A stretch of DNA of 63,260 nucleotides, the filler included, from Reticulomyxa filosa (Eukaryota > Protista > Foraminifera): assembly GCA_000512085.1 (NCBI GenBank). It is 12 parts of 12 records of this genome, joined end to end, with 100 filler letters (N's around TTAATTAATTAA, not from the genome) between each part and the next. Parts side by side here need not be neighbours in the genome. Positions count along the whole stretch, not along the records: positions 41,816 to 43,240 come from ASPP01049782.1; positions 43,341 to 48,715 come from ASPP01008389.1; positions 48,816 to 49,997 come from ASPP01024395.1; positions 50,098 to 63,260 come from ASPP01032896.1; 8 more parts are not named here. One strand, given 5' to 3'. Under the pieces are notes generated by a model. That model ran no database searches, was not told the origin of the DNA, and saw only the letters and a program-made list of their open reading frames with translations. This document shows, piece after piece, positions 41,816-55,430 of the stretch. Position 1 is the first letter of the stretch, and every line of letters starts with the position of its first letter. A program made the position numbers and the translations under genes.

Positions 41816-42935
41816 TCAATGAAAAAAACAACATTTAATCACGAATATTTTAGTTTTTAAATATAATTTTGATTTTTTATTAGTATTTAAAATTTTTTCA
41901 AAAATTTTAATATTTTGTTTACTTTTAAAAAATTTTTTGTAGTTGCATGAGTATGATAAAATTTGGTTTTTTTGTTTATATTTAATTTAATTTAAGTTTA
42001 CCAACTTGTTAGATCTACTTTAGCTTTTTTAACTAATTATATTCTCATTGGCATTGACTTTATTAAAGTTTCAAATATTGTTTTCTGCTTTTTCACATTA
42101 TATTTCAAATTACCTACAAAATTCTTCAGTGGTATTAAATGATCCTTTTTTGTGAATCATTGTATTTACTAACAACCAAAGATTTTCGATTGGATTTAAG
42201 TCAGGCGAATTTGGAGTAAAATTTATTGTATTTATTTTTTTTTTGTTTTAACCATTTGATAATCTTTTCAGATTTATTGTATGTTGCATTATCTTGATGA
42301 AAAATCCAATTATATTTGCTTTCTTAGCAGCAATTGATATTTTTTATCATTTCATCAGATAAAATTTATTTATATATATGCATTTACTCCAGCTTCCACC
42401 TTGCAAGAGTATCATGTTTATAACGCTTCAAAGCATGACTAGATTAAAATAATTACATCACTAAATTTTGATCTTTTTGTTATTGAATTTTCGTCTAATG
42501 GCTGTCTTGGTCTTTTACATAAATATCTTATAACATCACTTACATTTAAATTAATCATAATTTCATCTGAAAATAAAACATTTTTACAGTCTTCAAACGC
42601 CAAACGTTACTTCAATACAACGTACACTTGCTTTTTTCTGTTTCATTGTCAATAATAGTTTCTTCTTCTTTGTAATAGCACTTAGCTAAATTTGCTTTAG
42701 CATATTTGTAATTGTTAGACGAGAAACAGTATCAACATTTCTTTCACTTTACGATAGCTTAAGCCGTTTCGTATCATTTCAACAGTACGACCTTTTACGA
42801 AATTATCGACATGTTTTCCCATTTTAACAAAAATAGCAAAATGTCAACTAATATTTCAGTAAGAAAATAATCAAAAGTGACAAAAATGAATATAGAAAAG
42901 TGTTTTAAAAAAAATTGACAAATTTCATGACTAAT
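41816..42935 (-). mobile_element. Decayed Tc1 transposon (partial 3' TIR at contig start, transposase remnant, 5' subterminal sequence)
   Basis: 41816-41890 matches the MITE TIR (GAAAAAAACAACATT..TAGTTTTTAAATAT..). About 42850-42930 matches ~16820-16910. The 5' TIR is absent. Confidence 0.85.
41998..42822 (-). pseudogene. Tc1-family DD34E transposase pseudogene
   Basis: MGKHVDNFVKGRTVEMIRNGLSYRK; TVSRLTITNMLK..KKKLLLT; KNVLFSDE; IFHQDNA..KWL..PNSPDLNPIENLW (34 residues between D and E after one poly-A correction); LIKSMPMRI*LVKKAK..W*. Confidence 0.92.
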
Positions 42936-43240
42936 AATTATAATAAAAAAATTTATCATGTTGTAATATTTGTTATTTTTTCTGCTTTGTCTTTTGATAG
43001 AAGTCTATAAATTGTATGTACTACCAGATTAAGCTATTTAACTTCTTTTGCCAAAGAAATAGAACGATATCTTTCTAAGTTTATTTTCTTTTGACCGTTG
43101 AAATTTTTTCTTGATTGAGACATTCAGTAACTGCCTGTTTTTTGTAATCGATAATGAAGTCTAATAATACAATAACTTACGAAAATATTCACATATTTTT
43201 GTTCGTAAAATCTTAAATGTTTATTTTTCATTTAGAAAAT

Positions 43241-43340
43241 NNNNNNNNNNNNNNNNNNNNNNNNNNNNNNNNNNNNNNNNNNNNTTAATTAATTAANNNN
43301 NNNNNNNNNNNNNNNNNNNNNNNNNNNNNNNNNNNNNNNN
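43241..43340. other. Artificial contig-joining spacer
   Basis: N44-TTAATTAATTAA-N44. Confidence 0.98.
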
Positions 43341-43944
43341 TCCCCTGTTACGTGTCTCAGTCCAATATGTTAAGTAGTTTGTTTTCTTCGCATTTTTGAT
43401 TTCAATATTCACTGCTTATTATAATTTAATTTAAAAAGGCCAGATGTTTTCAATTATTGAAAATTTTAGACAAGCATGAGGGCACAATTAACAGTATAAG
43501 ATTTTCGTCAGATGGTCAAAGAGTTGTTTCATCATCACATGATCAAACTATTCGAATTTGGAATATTGCATCAGGACAACAACTCCAAAGTTTTGAAGGG
43601 CATTCCGGTTGGATTCTTTCCGCAGAATTTTCTTCTGATGGCGACTCATTGCATAAAGTTCAGCAGATAAAACAATTCGGTTATGGGACGTGGAATTAGG
43701 GAAAGAATTAATGCGATTGGAAGGGCATTCAGGTTGGATATGGAGTGTGTGCTTTTCTTCAGATGGAAAAAATATTGCATCATGTTCAACCGATGAAACA
43801 ATTCGGATATGGGATGTAAATTCTGGAAAAGAGATCCAACAACTGATTGGTCATTTAAATACTGTATTATGTGTACAATTTTCACCTGATGACAAAATGA
43901 TTGTTTCATCATCCAGTGATAACACAATTGGAATATGGGGGTAA
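43341..43944 (+). CDS. WD40-repeat protein, 3' part, with one frame break (~43650; possibly a young pseudogene)
   Basis: Four GH..FSSDG..SxDxTIRIW repeats ending IWG*. Confidence 0.8.
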
Positions 43945-44477
43945 CAAGGTTTATGTAAACCAAAATGAACACTTTTTTGCGAGATGAAATTAGTTGTGTT
44001 TCTATAGAAATGAAAACCAATTAAATTTATTCTTGTATTATATCATTATTTTTTGTTTTGTTGTTACTTTGAATAGCAATAAATAATTATATTTGCACCT
44101 ATAATATAAGAATAAAAAAAAAGTATATTATTGACATAAATTATTCATTTTTGATTTTACAACCGACCACAAAAAAAAATATTCTCCTAAACTCTCCTAT
44201 AAACATTTGCAAAAGTAATATTTTTTTTAATGATCTACACGTCTTGGAGAATCTAAAATGTATTTGGTGTAATAAAAATGTAGAAAATCACGAAAAAATT
44301 ATAATTTTTTTAAAGTATATCTACGATCGGTGCTATTCAAATGACTGCCTATATTGGCCAAGAAAAAGTAGTTAAAACAAACGTTTCCATTGCAAGAATA
44401 ACACCCTCATTTTTCTTGAGAGAAAAAGTTCAAGTATTCATCTTACATCATCAAATAGGAGTCCAAAAGGTTAAAGA

Positions 44478-45857
44478 ATGAAAAATTTTAGTGGTCAAAA
44501 GGAAACTTCAACACAACTGGTATGGATAAGATTCATTCAATCTTTCAGAGGATTGGTTATTTTTAAGTTTTTTTTTTATACGTTTTTTTATTGAACCAGT
44601 TAGAAGAAGAAATCCAAGTAATAATTCAGTGTTGGGTTCGAATATTAAATCTTAAATTAGGATGGATTCAGGATTTTGACAAAATTGTTATCAAATATGT
44701 TAAGTCTATTTGTTTTCTTATTTTTCATTCAATGAAAATCAAAGTGTTCATACTTTGTTGTTATTCATTGACCATACGTAACGCAGGTGACTACAGTCTT
44801 AATGCTTAATACATTTTGCTCAACATCTAAATTACGCAAGACTTTTTATGGGCATGCAAGTTATGTTTATAGTATTGATTACTCAACGTTTGATGATACT
44901 CAATTACTTTGTTCCGGATCACGTGACAGCACAGTTCGTGTATGGGATATAGAGACAAACAAACAAATCAAATTGTTCAAAGGACATTCAAGTTATGTAT
45001 TTTGTGTGAAATTTTCTCAATACTATTATTGTAATGATTATCGCAATGTCATTTGTTCTTCATCAAATGACAAAACAATTCGTTTTTGGGATATCAAAGA
45101 TGATCAACAATTAAAAATATTCAATGGACATACTGGTGGTGTTGGTGGCATCGAATTCTCACCGTTTAGTGGAGGTAGATATTTGTGTTCTGGATCAACT
45201 GATAAAACTATTCGTTTATGGGATGTTGAAGCGTCCAAATTATTACATATTTTCAATGGACATTATCTTGGTATTGTGTGTGTGGATATTTCACCATTAC
45301 AAAGCTATAATAATAAAAGTAATCGTATTGGTGTGATTGGTGGTAATGGATATACTATTTGCTCTGGATCAGTAGATGGAACCGTTTGTATATGGGATAT
45401 TGAAACAGCAAGACGATTGACTGTATTCAAGAAACATGAATTTTTGATTAATAGTGTAAAATATGGATCAAATGAATTAGTAAATACAATATTATCTGGA
45501 TCAAATGATAAAAGCGCTCGTTTGTGGGATATTCGATCTGATAAACAAATTCAAGTATTCAATGGACATACAGACGATGTGAATGCTGTTGAATATTCAC
45601 CATTTGTAGTAAAGAATATTGAAATCGGTGATAGTTCAAATGTGATATGTTCTGGATCATTAGATAATACAATTCGTTTTTGGGATATCCGGTCAAATAA
45701 GAATGAATTGTACACGATTAAAGGAAATGGCAAAGATAATGGGATATTATGTCTTAAATTTCTACAATTAAAAAAGGAAAACAGAAACAATAACCGTGAT
45801 TACTCCGTTAAACTGTGTTATGGTTTACGAGAAGGTTCTATTCGTATTTGGGGATAG
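44478..45857 (+). CDS. WD40-repeat protein of an expanded family (3 exons)
   Basis: Exons ~44478-44519, 44600-44698 and 44787-45857. N-terminal IIQCWVRILNLKLGWIQDFDKIV motif; six to seven GH..SGSxDxTIRxWD repeats; ends IRIWG*. Confidence 0.92.
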
Positions 45858-48715
45858 TATTGTTTTTACAACATTTCTTTGATTGGTATCTTTTTTTTTA
45901 ATTAAATTTTTTAGCAAAATTGGCATGTAAAATTCAATACTTTTTTGATTAAAATCAAATTGCAATCTACACTCCTTTGGTAAGAAAAAAGTGAGAGTAA
46001 GCAATAAAAAGAGAAATTGACTAAAAATAAAAAAAAAAGAAATGATTGATTTTAATTTGTTTTCTGTGAGGCCTTTTTATTACAAATAAAACATTATATT
46101 TTCATTTGTACAGTTACAAGGCAATAGTTTTACACAATCGTAAAAATGGCCATGTCTTTTTTTGTCATCTCTACAAAAGAGGAGTTCGTGTTTGTGTAGC
46201 ACACATCAAATTTCAGAGACATTTTATGTTATATTTGAATTGCACATATTGTTAATAAAATCCACTGAATTGCCTAAATTACAATTTATTTCAAAAATAG
46301 ATATTTTACATAGCATTAAATTATTCAAACAAGGAATTGCGTTGAATTAGGATCATTATTGCATGTGTTGCAATATTGAAGAAATGTTTGCCATTTCTTT
46401 TTTACACAGCACAAACTAACGTCTATTTCTGGACACAGATCCAACCTTTTAAAACTGTAAGGATTGTTTTCGTTTGTTCGGTTTTTAATATCTTGTCATA
46501 ATTCGTTGCGGTCCATATCAGATGCATTTAGACTATAGCCAGACTCTGTGATTCTGGCTTCCCTTCTCCTCTTACTGTGACATTGCTGCTTTCTCTTTAT
46601 ATTTTATTGCAATTTTACTTTTTTATGGGCACTCAGAAAAGGTCTAACGTGGGAAAAAAGTGATCAATATATATCTGCTTTTTTTTACGAAAAAGTGCAG
46701 AAAACCTACTTTCACACTTGTTAATTGTATATTTGATCATATTGGATGCGTCTGATTATGAACCAACGATAATGTTTCGTTATAAGTAATAACTTTGACT
46801 ATTAGCTTACATGAATCAAACAAGAAACAACTGCTGGATACAAAGAAAACAAAAAAATTACATAAGAAGAACCGCACGACGAAAGGCATGATAGTACATG
46901 AAAAAGAGAATAGTATCATTGGAAAAACAATATGTGCACATGAAAAAAACCACATAAACCACACGAAGGAGTATGACACTCTCAAGTTTGTGCATGTTTT
47001 TTTTCCTGTTATGAAGTTCACCGAACAACGTCATCAACCGCTGCAATTGTTTCTTTTTTGATGTCGTCATTTCACAGGTATCATCGTTCAAAAAAAGATA
47101 ATACAATAATAAGTGAAAAGAATTAGAGAGAAAATAAAGTTTAACAACACAAAAAAAGTTCACTTCTAAAAGGCTTCCTTTTGTTTAACACTCATTTTTT
47201 TTTTGCCAACAAATATTTTTTTTGTTTACATTTACTTTTGTTTTAATTAAATTCGTGTTACAGCAAGCATTTCACAAATACATATAATGTAAATGTTATT
47301 GAAGCTATTTGTTCGTCTTTAAATTCATACACGACTATTGTGTCACCTGCCCAGAATAAATAAATTAATTGTGTATGTTAAATAATAACACTAAATAAAG
47401 AATTTCGACATTTTGATTTAAATTAAATGAAACACAACAAGTTATAAATTTTGCACAAGTTTTTGAAAAAATTCAATACTTTTGATTTGAAAACACAAGT
47501 TAACAATCAGTTTTTGTGTGATATGATTGAAAGAATAGCATTTTTTACACAGTACATCTTTGTCAGTTTAAATTAATACAAGCGATTTTTGATCAAATAA
47601 AAAATGATTATATGTTAAAGGAAAATTGAAAAGAAGATGCTGGAACTAATTGCCTTAAATTTGTAGGATTAGAAAGAAAAGAAATAAACCGCAACTCAAC
47701 AACTGCTCCTCCAAGATATGATATATGATAGCAACAAATGTGGTTGAGAACGACTATCTGAAGGAGATTGATTTGTTTCAGATAAATGCTGACATGTGAA
47801 TTTTGTGTCTCCAAATTAAAAGATGTTCTGTTTTCTTTGTTTTGCAGTAAAAAAGGGTGGAAATTTTGAAAACGAGCTTTTTGCAATAGTTGAAATTTGC
47901 TTCATTTGTGTCACCTCGAACTTCGTTTCTAATTGGATACCACTTTGTAACTTGTCTTTGTCTGCTTCTGTAAGCAACGTACTGCTCAAAAAAAATAACG
48001 AACATAAGACTGGTCATAAAAAAACAACGGACAGGTAGGTAAGAAAAACAAAGAAGAAGAGACAGATGGTGAATAGAACAAGAAATGGAGCAAACATTGA
48101 TAACGAGAAAGAGAAGATTGAGTAGAACGGACGAGAGCCGAGTTGCAGATTTGCTGCAATCCTCTCATTGAATGGATTAATTCACCGAATATGATTGATT
48201 GGCAATGCCCGATATACAAAGAGTGCCATGATTACTAGCACTTTGGCGACGACGACGGTGGTCATGACAATGAGTCACAACAGCAATCACAATAACCGCA
48301 CAAAGAAGGACATATCGAAAATGGAGTATTGACATTTTGTCTCGACACGAATACGAACATTGACACAGATATGGACATGAACAGAAAGAATTCGATTATA
48401 AAAATGTGCAACTCTATCGTCCAAGCATATATCCACTGTGTAATTGCCATTGTCGCCCCTCCTCCCACACACACACACACACGTTCACAGAACTTGATAC
48501 TATATTCGTTTTATACATTCAATGTGTCATCAATCGCAATCTTTTTTCCCAAATGTAAACGAAATAAATAAATAAATTGTATACACATTTTATATACATA
48601 TATGTGTATAATAAATCCTTTGCAAAAACCATTTTCTTAAAAAAAAAAAAAACCAGCAAAAACATGCAAAAGTAAATGATATGCATGTAACAATGACCTC
48701 CGCATTGTAATGCTT

Positions 48716-48815
48716 NNNNNNNNNNNNNNNNNNNNNNNNNNNNNNNNNNNNNNNNNNNNTTAATTAATTAANNNNNNNNNNNNNNNNNNNNNNNNNNNNN
48801 NNNNNNNNNNNNNNN
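48716..48815. other. Artificial contig-joining spacer
   Basis: N44-TTAATTAATTAA-N44. Confidence 0.98.
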
Positions 48816-49997
48816 TAAAAAAAAAAGAGGGGAGGTGTACGTATATCAGAGACATTAAGGGTAAAAGATGAATTGTGTATGTTATTCATTTGATTTAGAA
48901 ATAACTTTTTTTAAAAAAAACAAAACTAACAGCATGTCGAAGAATGGCAAAGTGGAGTCAATGATAAGCACGCAATCATGGAATAGATCGTGCAAAAGCC
49001 TGGAGCGAATATCAATTGTGAACATTGGCCGTGAATTGTTTTGGCACAACGCAGCAACAAACACCAACACTAACTGCAGCCGCTGCAAATTTTTTTCCAC
49101 CAAACATCGATGTATCATTCAAGCAATCGTCAAGCAAACATTTGCACAAAGCCCAAATTATACAAAGTTTCGCCGCAATTTTGAAAGCAATATCAAATGT
49201 TGCAATGTTAAGTTCTTTTACTTTTTTTTTTGTTGTTTGTTGTAAACAAACAAACACAAAAAACAAACAAACAAAAATAGATAATGCGACTGCGCAGTGC
49301 CGCTGACACGAGGGGGAAAAAAAAAACGACGTATACTTGGAATGGTCGCCCAACCAGCTGCAATTGTTGGCGCAAAATGTAATGGCAAGTCTGTCGTTGG
49401 CATTCTATTGCAAAAACATGCCTTTGGTGTGATAGAGGCGCTGTTTGCGCAAATGAAGAAAGTAGGCGACAACGCAGCCGACGGACAAGTTGGCCGTGGT
49501 CCCTATCTTCGTTTGTGCATATCAGCACTCTGTTATCAAAGGTATGCTATCGTATGGCACTTGGCCTTTCACAAAATGTTTGCCATCAATCGACAAATTG
49601 ACCATCACCGCAAATCACATCAATCAACATGTTGCTCCAACCAAAATATAAAAATTTGCGAAATCCTACATCTCAATTACTGCCAATTCAAATGTCGATG
49701 ATACCACGGATATTGCCAAGTTATTTGTTTTTTTTCTTTGTTGTTGTTCGATGATACATTATTTTTTTGATTGTTGTTGTGAATAGAAAATAATTGTCGA
49801 GAAGGCGGTGCAAATATTATTGGGCAAATGGTGTTGGTGTTAGAGTGAGAGTGCAAGCGGCCGGGCGAAGGTAAAATCTTTTATTTTATTTTATATCCAA
49901 TTTATAACAATGTTTTGTGTGATCATTTGCAATAGGATAGCCCAATGGAATGAAAAGAAGGAGAAAAGAAAATGGGGTAGCAACCACCCCCGTCTCC

Positions 49998-50097
49998 NNN
50001 NNNNNNNNNNNNNNNNNNNNNNNNNNNNNNNNNNNNNNNNNTTAATTAATTAANNNNNNNNNNNNNNNNNNNNNNNNNNNNNNNNNNNNNNNNNNNN
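49998..50097. other. Artificial contig-joining spacer
   Basis: N44-TTAATTAATTAA-N44. Confidence 0.98.
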
Positions 50098-50138
50098 TTT
50101 TTTGTTTAATTGATTTTGATTGACCGACAACTCTGTAG

Positions 50139-50786
50139 TTTGAACGATCATTCCAAAGTTCACACCGGTGAAAAACCTTTTGAGTGTGAAATTTGTCATA
50201 AAAAGGTAATTAGTTTGTTTGTATTGTCGTTATCTATTTGGGAGAGTTGCTTTTGAAAAGACTCCGAAAATAATGAATTGAATGGGAAAAAAAAAAAACA
50301 AAAAAAAAAACGCTAACACAAATGCGCAATAGTTTTCGTTGAAACATAACATGAAAGTCCACAAGAAGCTGCATTACAGTTGAGTATTGTTTTATGTGGT
50401 TTTTTTTGTTTGCTTTGTTTTCTGTTATTTGTTTATTTTCTGTTGTATGTTCAAAAGGGAGGGGAACGGAGATGACAGGAATAACAAAGTATTGATCAAA
50501 CGTTATCGGATGTTTTTTATCGCTTTGTTTGTTTGTTGGTTTGTTTTTTGTTTTTTGTTTTTGTTTTTTTTATGTGTTATTTTTGCTGGACTAACTGTGG
50601 GGTGAATTTTGGGATCATGCAGACAAGCCGGAGTTCAAATGCGACCAATGCACAAAAGTGCTTAGGTCAAAGCATGGTCTGCAAGGACATTTACAACGCT
50701 TGCATGGCGCTCCTGTTGTCAATGAACAGTTATTCCTTGAAACTAAGGAAACACAAGCTTCGAATCAACCAAGACAACTTGTTTGA
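50139..50786 (+). CDS. C2H2 zinc-finger protein, last three exons; not in ORF track
   Basis: LNDHSKVHTGEKPFECEICHKK|FSLKHNMKVHKKLHY|.KPEFKCDQCTKVLRSKHGLQGHLQRLH..LV*, with the canonical TGEKPF linker. Confidence 0.85.
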
Positions 50787-51521
50787 TTTATCTTTTTTTT
50801 TCTTACGTGTGTGTGTATGTATTTTGCTTTGTTATTTTTATTGACACCACTTGTGATCTGTACACTGTCATCCTCTTTTTTTTTGTTTTTTTTGTATTCG
50901 TTTGTAACCCTTTTTTTTTAAGGTGTTTTTTTTTCCTCCAGGATGGCCAAGCTTTTTTTTTTTGTATTTTTTAAGCCGTGCATTGTATGAGAAAAAAAAA
51001 CAATAAGATTATCGACCTTATTTTCAATGGTCAATTGCAATATTCACGGTTTGGCCTTTTTTGTGAGATTGCGCGTGCATTCATTTTTATTTTTGGGTGT
51101 AGGAGGGAGAGGGATACTCGAAGAGTCGGGGAAGAAGAAAAAAACAAAAAAAATTGGTGATGTGGTACGGTAATTCTAACCTGCCCATTTTGGGCCTTTC
51201 ACTATTTTATACTTTGGTGTGGCTTTTATTTTTTTTTTTCTTTTTCTTTCCAAAAAAAATTGAATCAAGTTACTTCAACTTTGTACTTTGTACATACACT
51301 CCTCAGTCTTATATTTTTTTTAGTTCTCGCCTTCTTTTTGACCTTCAATGATAAACATTTGAATTTTGTTGTTATTGTTTCAAAGTGGTTACAGTGCGAG
51401 AAACCAAACAACAATGGAACAAAAGAGCGTATCACTTTGAAAAACTTCGAAGGGGAAAATTGAAAAAAAAATTGAAAAAATTCTTTGCAGTTCTTATTCT
51501 TTAACACAAGAGTAAAAGAAC

Positions 51522-52145
51522 ATGGGTGCAAAAGTAAGATCAAATCAACCAAAAAACTTTGGCAAAACAAGTCGAACCCCACGACGTCCCTTTGAAAAAG
51601 AGCGTTTGGACAGCGAACTGAACTTGGTCGGAGAGTATGGATTAAAAAACAAAAGAGAACTTCGCCGAGTTCAATTAACCGTGGCAAGAATCCGATCAGC
51701 TGCTCGTAAATTGTTGACACTGCCACAAGACGACCCTCGACGAGTGTTTGAAGGTGCAGCCTTGTGTCGAAGATTGAATCGATTGGGCATATTGCCAGAC
51801 GAGCAAAACAGATTAGAGTATGTGTTGTCAATAAAAGTGGAAGACTTTTTGAAACGACGCTTGCAAACCTTGGTGAAAGAAATTGCCACAACTAAATCAG
51901 TGCACCATGCCAGAGTATTGATCTACCAAAGACACATTGTTGTTGGAAAACAAGTAGTCAAAAGTCCTTCCTTCCTTGTTCGCAAGAATAGCCAAAGCTT
52001 TATCAATTTCAGAGATGGTTCCAGCATTGGTGGAACTGGCTTGCCTGGACGTGTCAAAAGAAAAAATCTTAAGAAAGCTGCTGGAGGTGCTGCTGCTGGT
52101 GCTGAGAAAGCTGACGGTGATGCAAAAGAGGCCGCTGAGGAATAA
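51522..52145 (+). CDS. RPS9: 40S ribosomal protein S9 (uS4), intronless
   Basis: [44 protein letters not shown] and PGRVKRKN. Confidence 0.98.
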   Translation: MGAKVRSNQPKNFGKTSRTPRRPFEKERLDSELNLVGEYGLKNKRELRRVQLTVARIRSAARKLLTLPQDDPRRVFEGAALCRRLNRLGILPDEQNRLEYVLSIKVEDFLKRRLQTLVKEIATTKSVHHARVLIYQRHIVVGKQVVKSPSFLVRKNSQSFINFRDGSSIGGTGLPGRVKRKNLKKAAGGAAAGAEKADGDAKEAAEE

Positions 52146-52809
52146 ATGAAAATTAGTAAACACCATTTTTAAGGAAGAGGGGGGGTGTGACGGCAAGTCG
52201 CACGTGTTGCACTTTTTTTTGATTTTCTTTGAGTTATCACAAATTTAAAAGTTGTGAAAATTTTACACAGACCATTAGTCAAAAAAAAATTTGAACAACA
52301 AATGTTGGATCAAAACCCACAAATTTTTTTTTTGCTTCTCTGTGTTGTGAAAAAAAGTTTACATTTAATCAACCATAATTTTTCTTTTAAGGGGGTCCGG
52401 CAACGACCCGCTCCAATTGATACCGGCATTGTGTTAAGTTGAAAGCCTGTAGTAAGGGTTTTGTAATATAAAGTTGAAGTGATCGACAATAGCAACATTT
52501 TTTTATTCACATTGCTTTGTAGACAGGTAAAACCTTCATTAACAAGCCGTTTTGTCTTTGAAAACGGCAAAAATAAATAAAAGGAAATATCTCAAATTTA
52601 CCTCGAAATTACAAAAACAATAGGCTGTACCAAAAAGAAATTAAAGGGACAATAATTGACACTATAAAACATATTGTGTTAACATACTAAAAGCTGGTCA
52701 CTATACTAACCGAACGTTTTTAGTTAGCGGTTGTTGAAGTAAAACTTGGTCCAACTCTTTTTCAAAGACGAAGACAAATAATAAATAATATTTGAAAGAA
52801 GTGTTTTGA

Positions 52810-55430
52810 ATGAGTACATTGAACGCATTAAATCTCACATCAACGTCAGTGTCGACGTCTGGTAGCGAGAATATTGGCGCAGGTTGGTACGTGGCGTATG
52901 CGCTAACACTGGTGGTGTATTTGACATATGTCGGACTTGCGGTAACGTTTGCTCGTGAAGTGTATCAGTACAAAGAATCGCTAGTATTGACCAAACGACA
53001 CACATTCCCAACCGTATTGGTCAGCGTTGCGAGTGGTTGCTGTTGGCTGCTACTCTACATTGCGCCCATCACGTATCGTTTGATTGGTCGTAACCCAGAA
53101 TGGCTGAAGGTTCTGTTCAACGTATTAGTACCTATTCCACAATATCTATGGGTGTATTGTGTCTTATGGCGTGTGTATTGTTCGTGGTGGGATATCCAAA
53201 TTAATCACCAAATGCAACTTTTCGAGTGGACTCAATTAATTGACGACCGCACAGCGGACATGAATTGGTTTTTGAGAAATCAAAGCACACTTGGAGACCA
53301 CAAATTTTTATTTCGTCTGGGAATTGGTCTAATCATTACTACTACTATCTTGTCCGAACTTTTGTCCTTTCTGCCATTGGGGAATCATCCAAGCAATTCT
53401 GTTCTGATCGTCTTCTTGTTTATTTTTATGAGTTTCGTGACTTTTTTTTTGGTCTCCTTTTCTCTCCCTTTTTTTCAGACGTATCCATATTTTTTCTCTT
53501 GCGACATGATTTTTTTTTTTTTTAAATTGGTGTTTGTTTGGGTCTGAAGTATGGGTGTTTTTGGAAATTACACCTTGGGTTGTTATCGTCATCATTTGGT
53601 GTGCCATTCCATCATTTGAAGATTTGTACTTTGTTAAAGTTAAAATAACAATAATTTAAAAACAAAGGGGGAAGTGATAAAAAAATTTTTGATCTACATC
53701 TCCACCGTGCATGTATTATATCACGTATTCATTATATATTATATACATACATTATGTGTATATAGAAAACAGTATTTTTTTTTTTATTTTGTTTATATTT
53801 GCGAGAATCCATTACTGTAGCATGTGACATTGGGTGGCACAGGAAGAAATCAAACGAATATTTTGGTGCATAAGCCTGCAGCTGCTTGCATACGTATTGT
53901 TGATCGTGTACTTGCAGGTACTCGTGGAGGTGGACCCGAAGTTTGCAAAGAGTTCAAATAACGACCGTATTGTGTACTTCCTAATCTTTCACGCATTTGG
54001 GGCGACGATGTTTGCGAATATGTACGTAATGACACGGTGGGTGCTCAAATCGTTGGGAGAGGAAATGCTGAGCTTTGAAAACAACTTTATTCACACCAAA
54101 AAACTGGAACAAAAAAACGAGCAACGTATTTTGGAATTAGCCACCAAACAACACGAGAAAAAGGAAAAAAGTAAACCAAACTCATTCGATTTGAAGTTGG
54201 ATCAGCAAACGTCAAATGAAGCCCAGAGTGTTGCCACAAAAACGGATAGCATTGGTATGCTACTTTTGCGATTTTTATGTTCTGTGTTGAGTTTTTCTTT
54301 TGAACTCGCCGGTTTAATGTGGAGAAATGTGTGCGGCTAAAAAACGAATCTAGGAGGAAGTGTTCCAGCGCCAGTTGCTGCGAATGATCCTCCGGCAAAG
54401 AATGCGGGTGCTACGCAAGTCTCCCGTCGGAACCCTTCTCAGATGTTTGGTTTGGAAGATGTCATCCGAACCCCTTATGGATTTGATTTCTTTATGCGAC
54501 ATTTAGTCAAGGAATTTTGTCATGGTTTGTTTGTTTTTTTTTTTTTTGCATGTGCGAATATCCTGCATATACTTATTGTTCCACACTTTCTTTTTCAAGT
54601 AATTGGAAAAATTAGTACGGATTTATACAATCTTTTTTTTTATGTCTGTTTATGGAATATCGATTTAGAAAACTTGTTGTCATTCTATGAAATGGAAAAG
54701 TTTCAAGAAGTTGTACTGGCGGAGCTGCAAGTCCAATATGACGGCACTTATCGTGACACGCACTCGTTGGTGCTTATTGGATTTCCAAAAGAGCTGCCCG
54801 TTCCGTACATATTGACATATCCAATTGAAGTTCAGGTAGTGTTATTGGATCAAACCACCGAAGCGGATGGGGAGAGAGAAGATCCCGCCGAAAAAGAACA
54901 AAGCAAAGAAAAAGCAGAAAATAACAAAGAAAAACCTGAGCAATCGTTGTCCAAACTAAAAAAGAGGAACTTTGAAAAGTTAAACCAAGACGAAGATTCG
55001 AAAGAGGAGGATATCACCGATGCAGACGAAATTGAATATGAAAAAAAAATGATTGAATACAAGAAACGAACCTATGATTTGTTTTTGAAATATGTCAAAG
55101 TTTCGTTTATTTCATATCGTTTCTCTGGGCCAAATATGTATACATAAGCTCTCTGTTTGTGTTGTCGCTTGTCAAAAGGTGGGTGCAAGCCACGAAATTA
55201 ATATAAGTAGTGCATCACGCAATCGATATCAACAGTTGATGGGAGACTATCAAAAATGGAAAGATAATGAAAAGTATGGCACCAAAGAAGATCTGCTGCA
55301 TCTTTTTGATGATTGTAAGAAAGAATGCTGGAAATTGCTGGGCTTTGTGTTCACGAGATTTGAGAAAACTGTTTTGTATAAGAAATGGCTCCAACAAAGA
55401 TTAGCAGATGAAAAAACCGAAAAAGAGTAA
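52810..55430 (+). CDS. 7TM-RGS protein (multi-pass membrane domain fused to an RGS domain)
   Basis: About seven TM segments in 52810-54050, then RGS motifs LEDVI..GFDFFMRHLVKEFCH|ENLL, LFLKYV|..GASHEINISS and LFDDCKKECWKLL..FTRF. Confidence 0.85.

Noticed and set aside
46150-48715. Several short ORFs with hydrophobic stretches and a WD40 C-terminus-like scrap at ~47640-47690
   Set aside because: Probably decayed gene fragments; no consistent exon chain or family could be supported.
48816-49997. Coding-like, moderately GC-rich contig
   Set aside because: Frames switch and no motif was recognised, so no product or boundaries could be assigned.
7128-50097. Recurring TTAATTAATTAA flanked by N runs as a biological repeat or CRISPR-like array
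   Set aside because: Exactly 100 bp with fixed N counts and stops in six frames: an assembly linker. Gene neighbourhoods across it were not interpreted.
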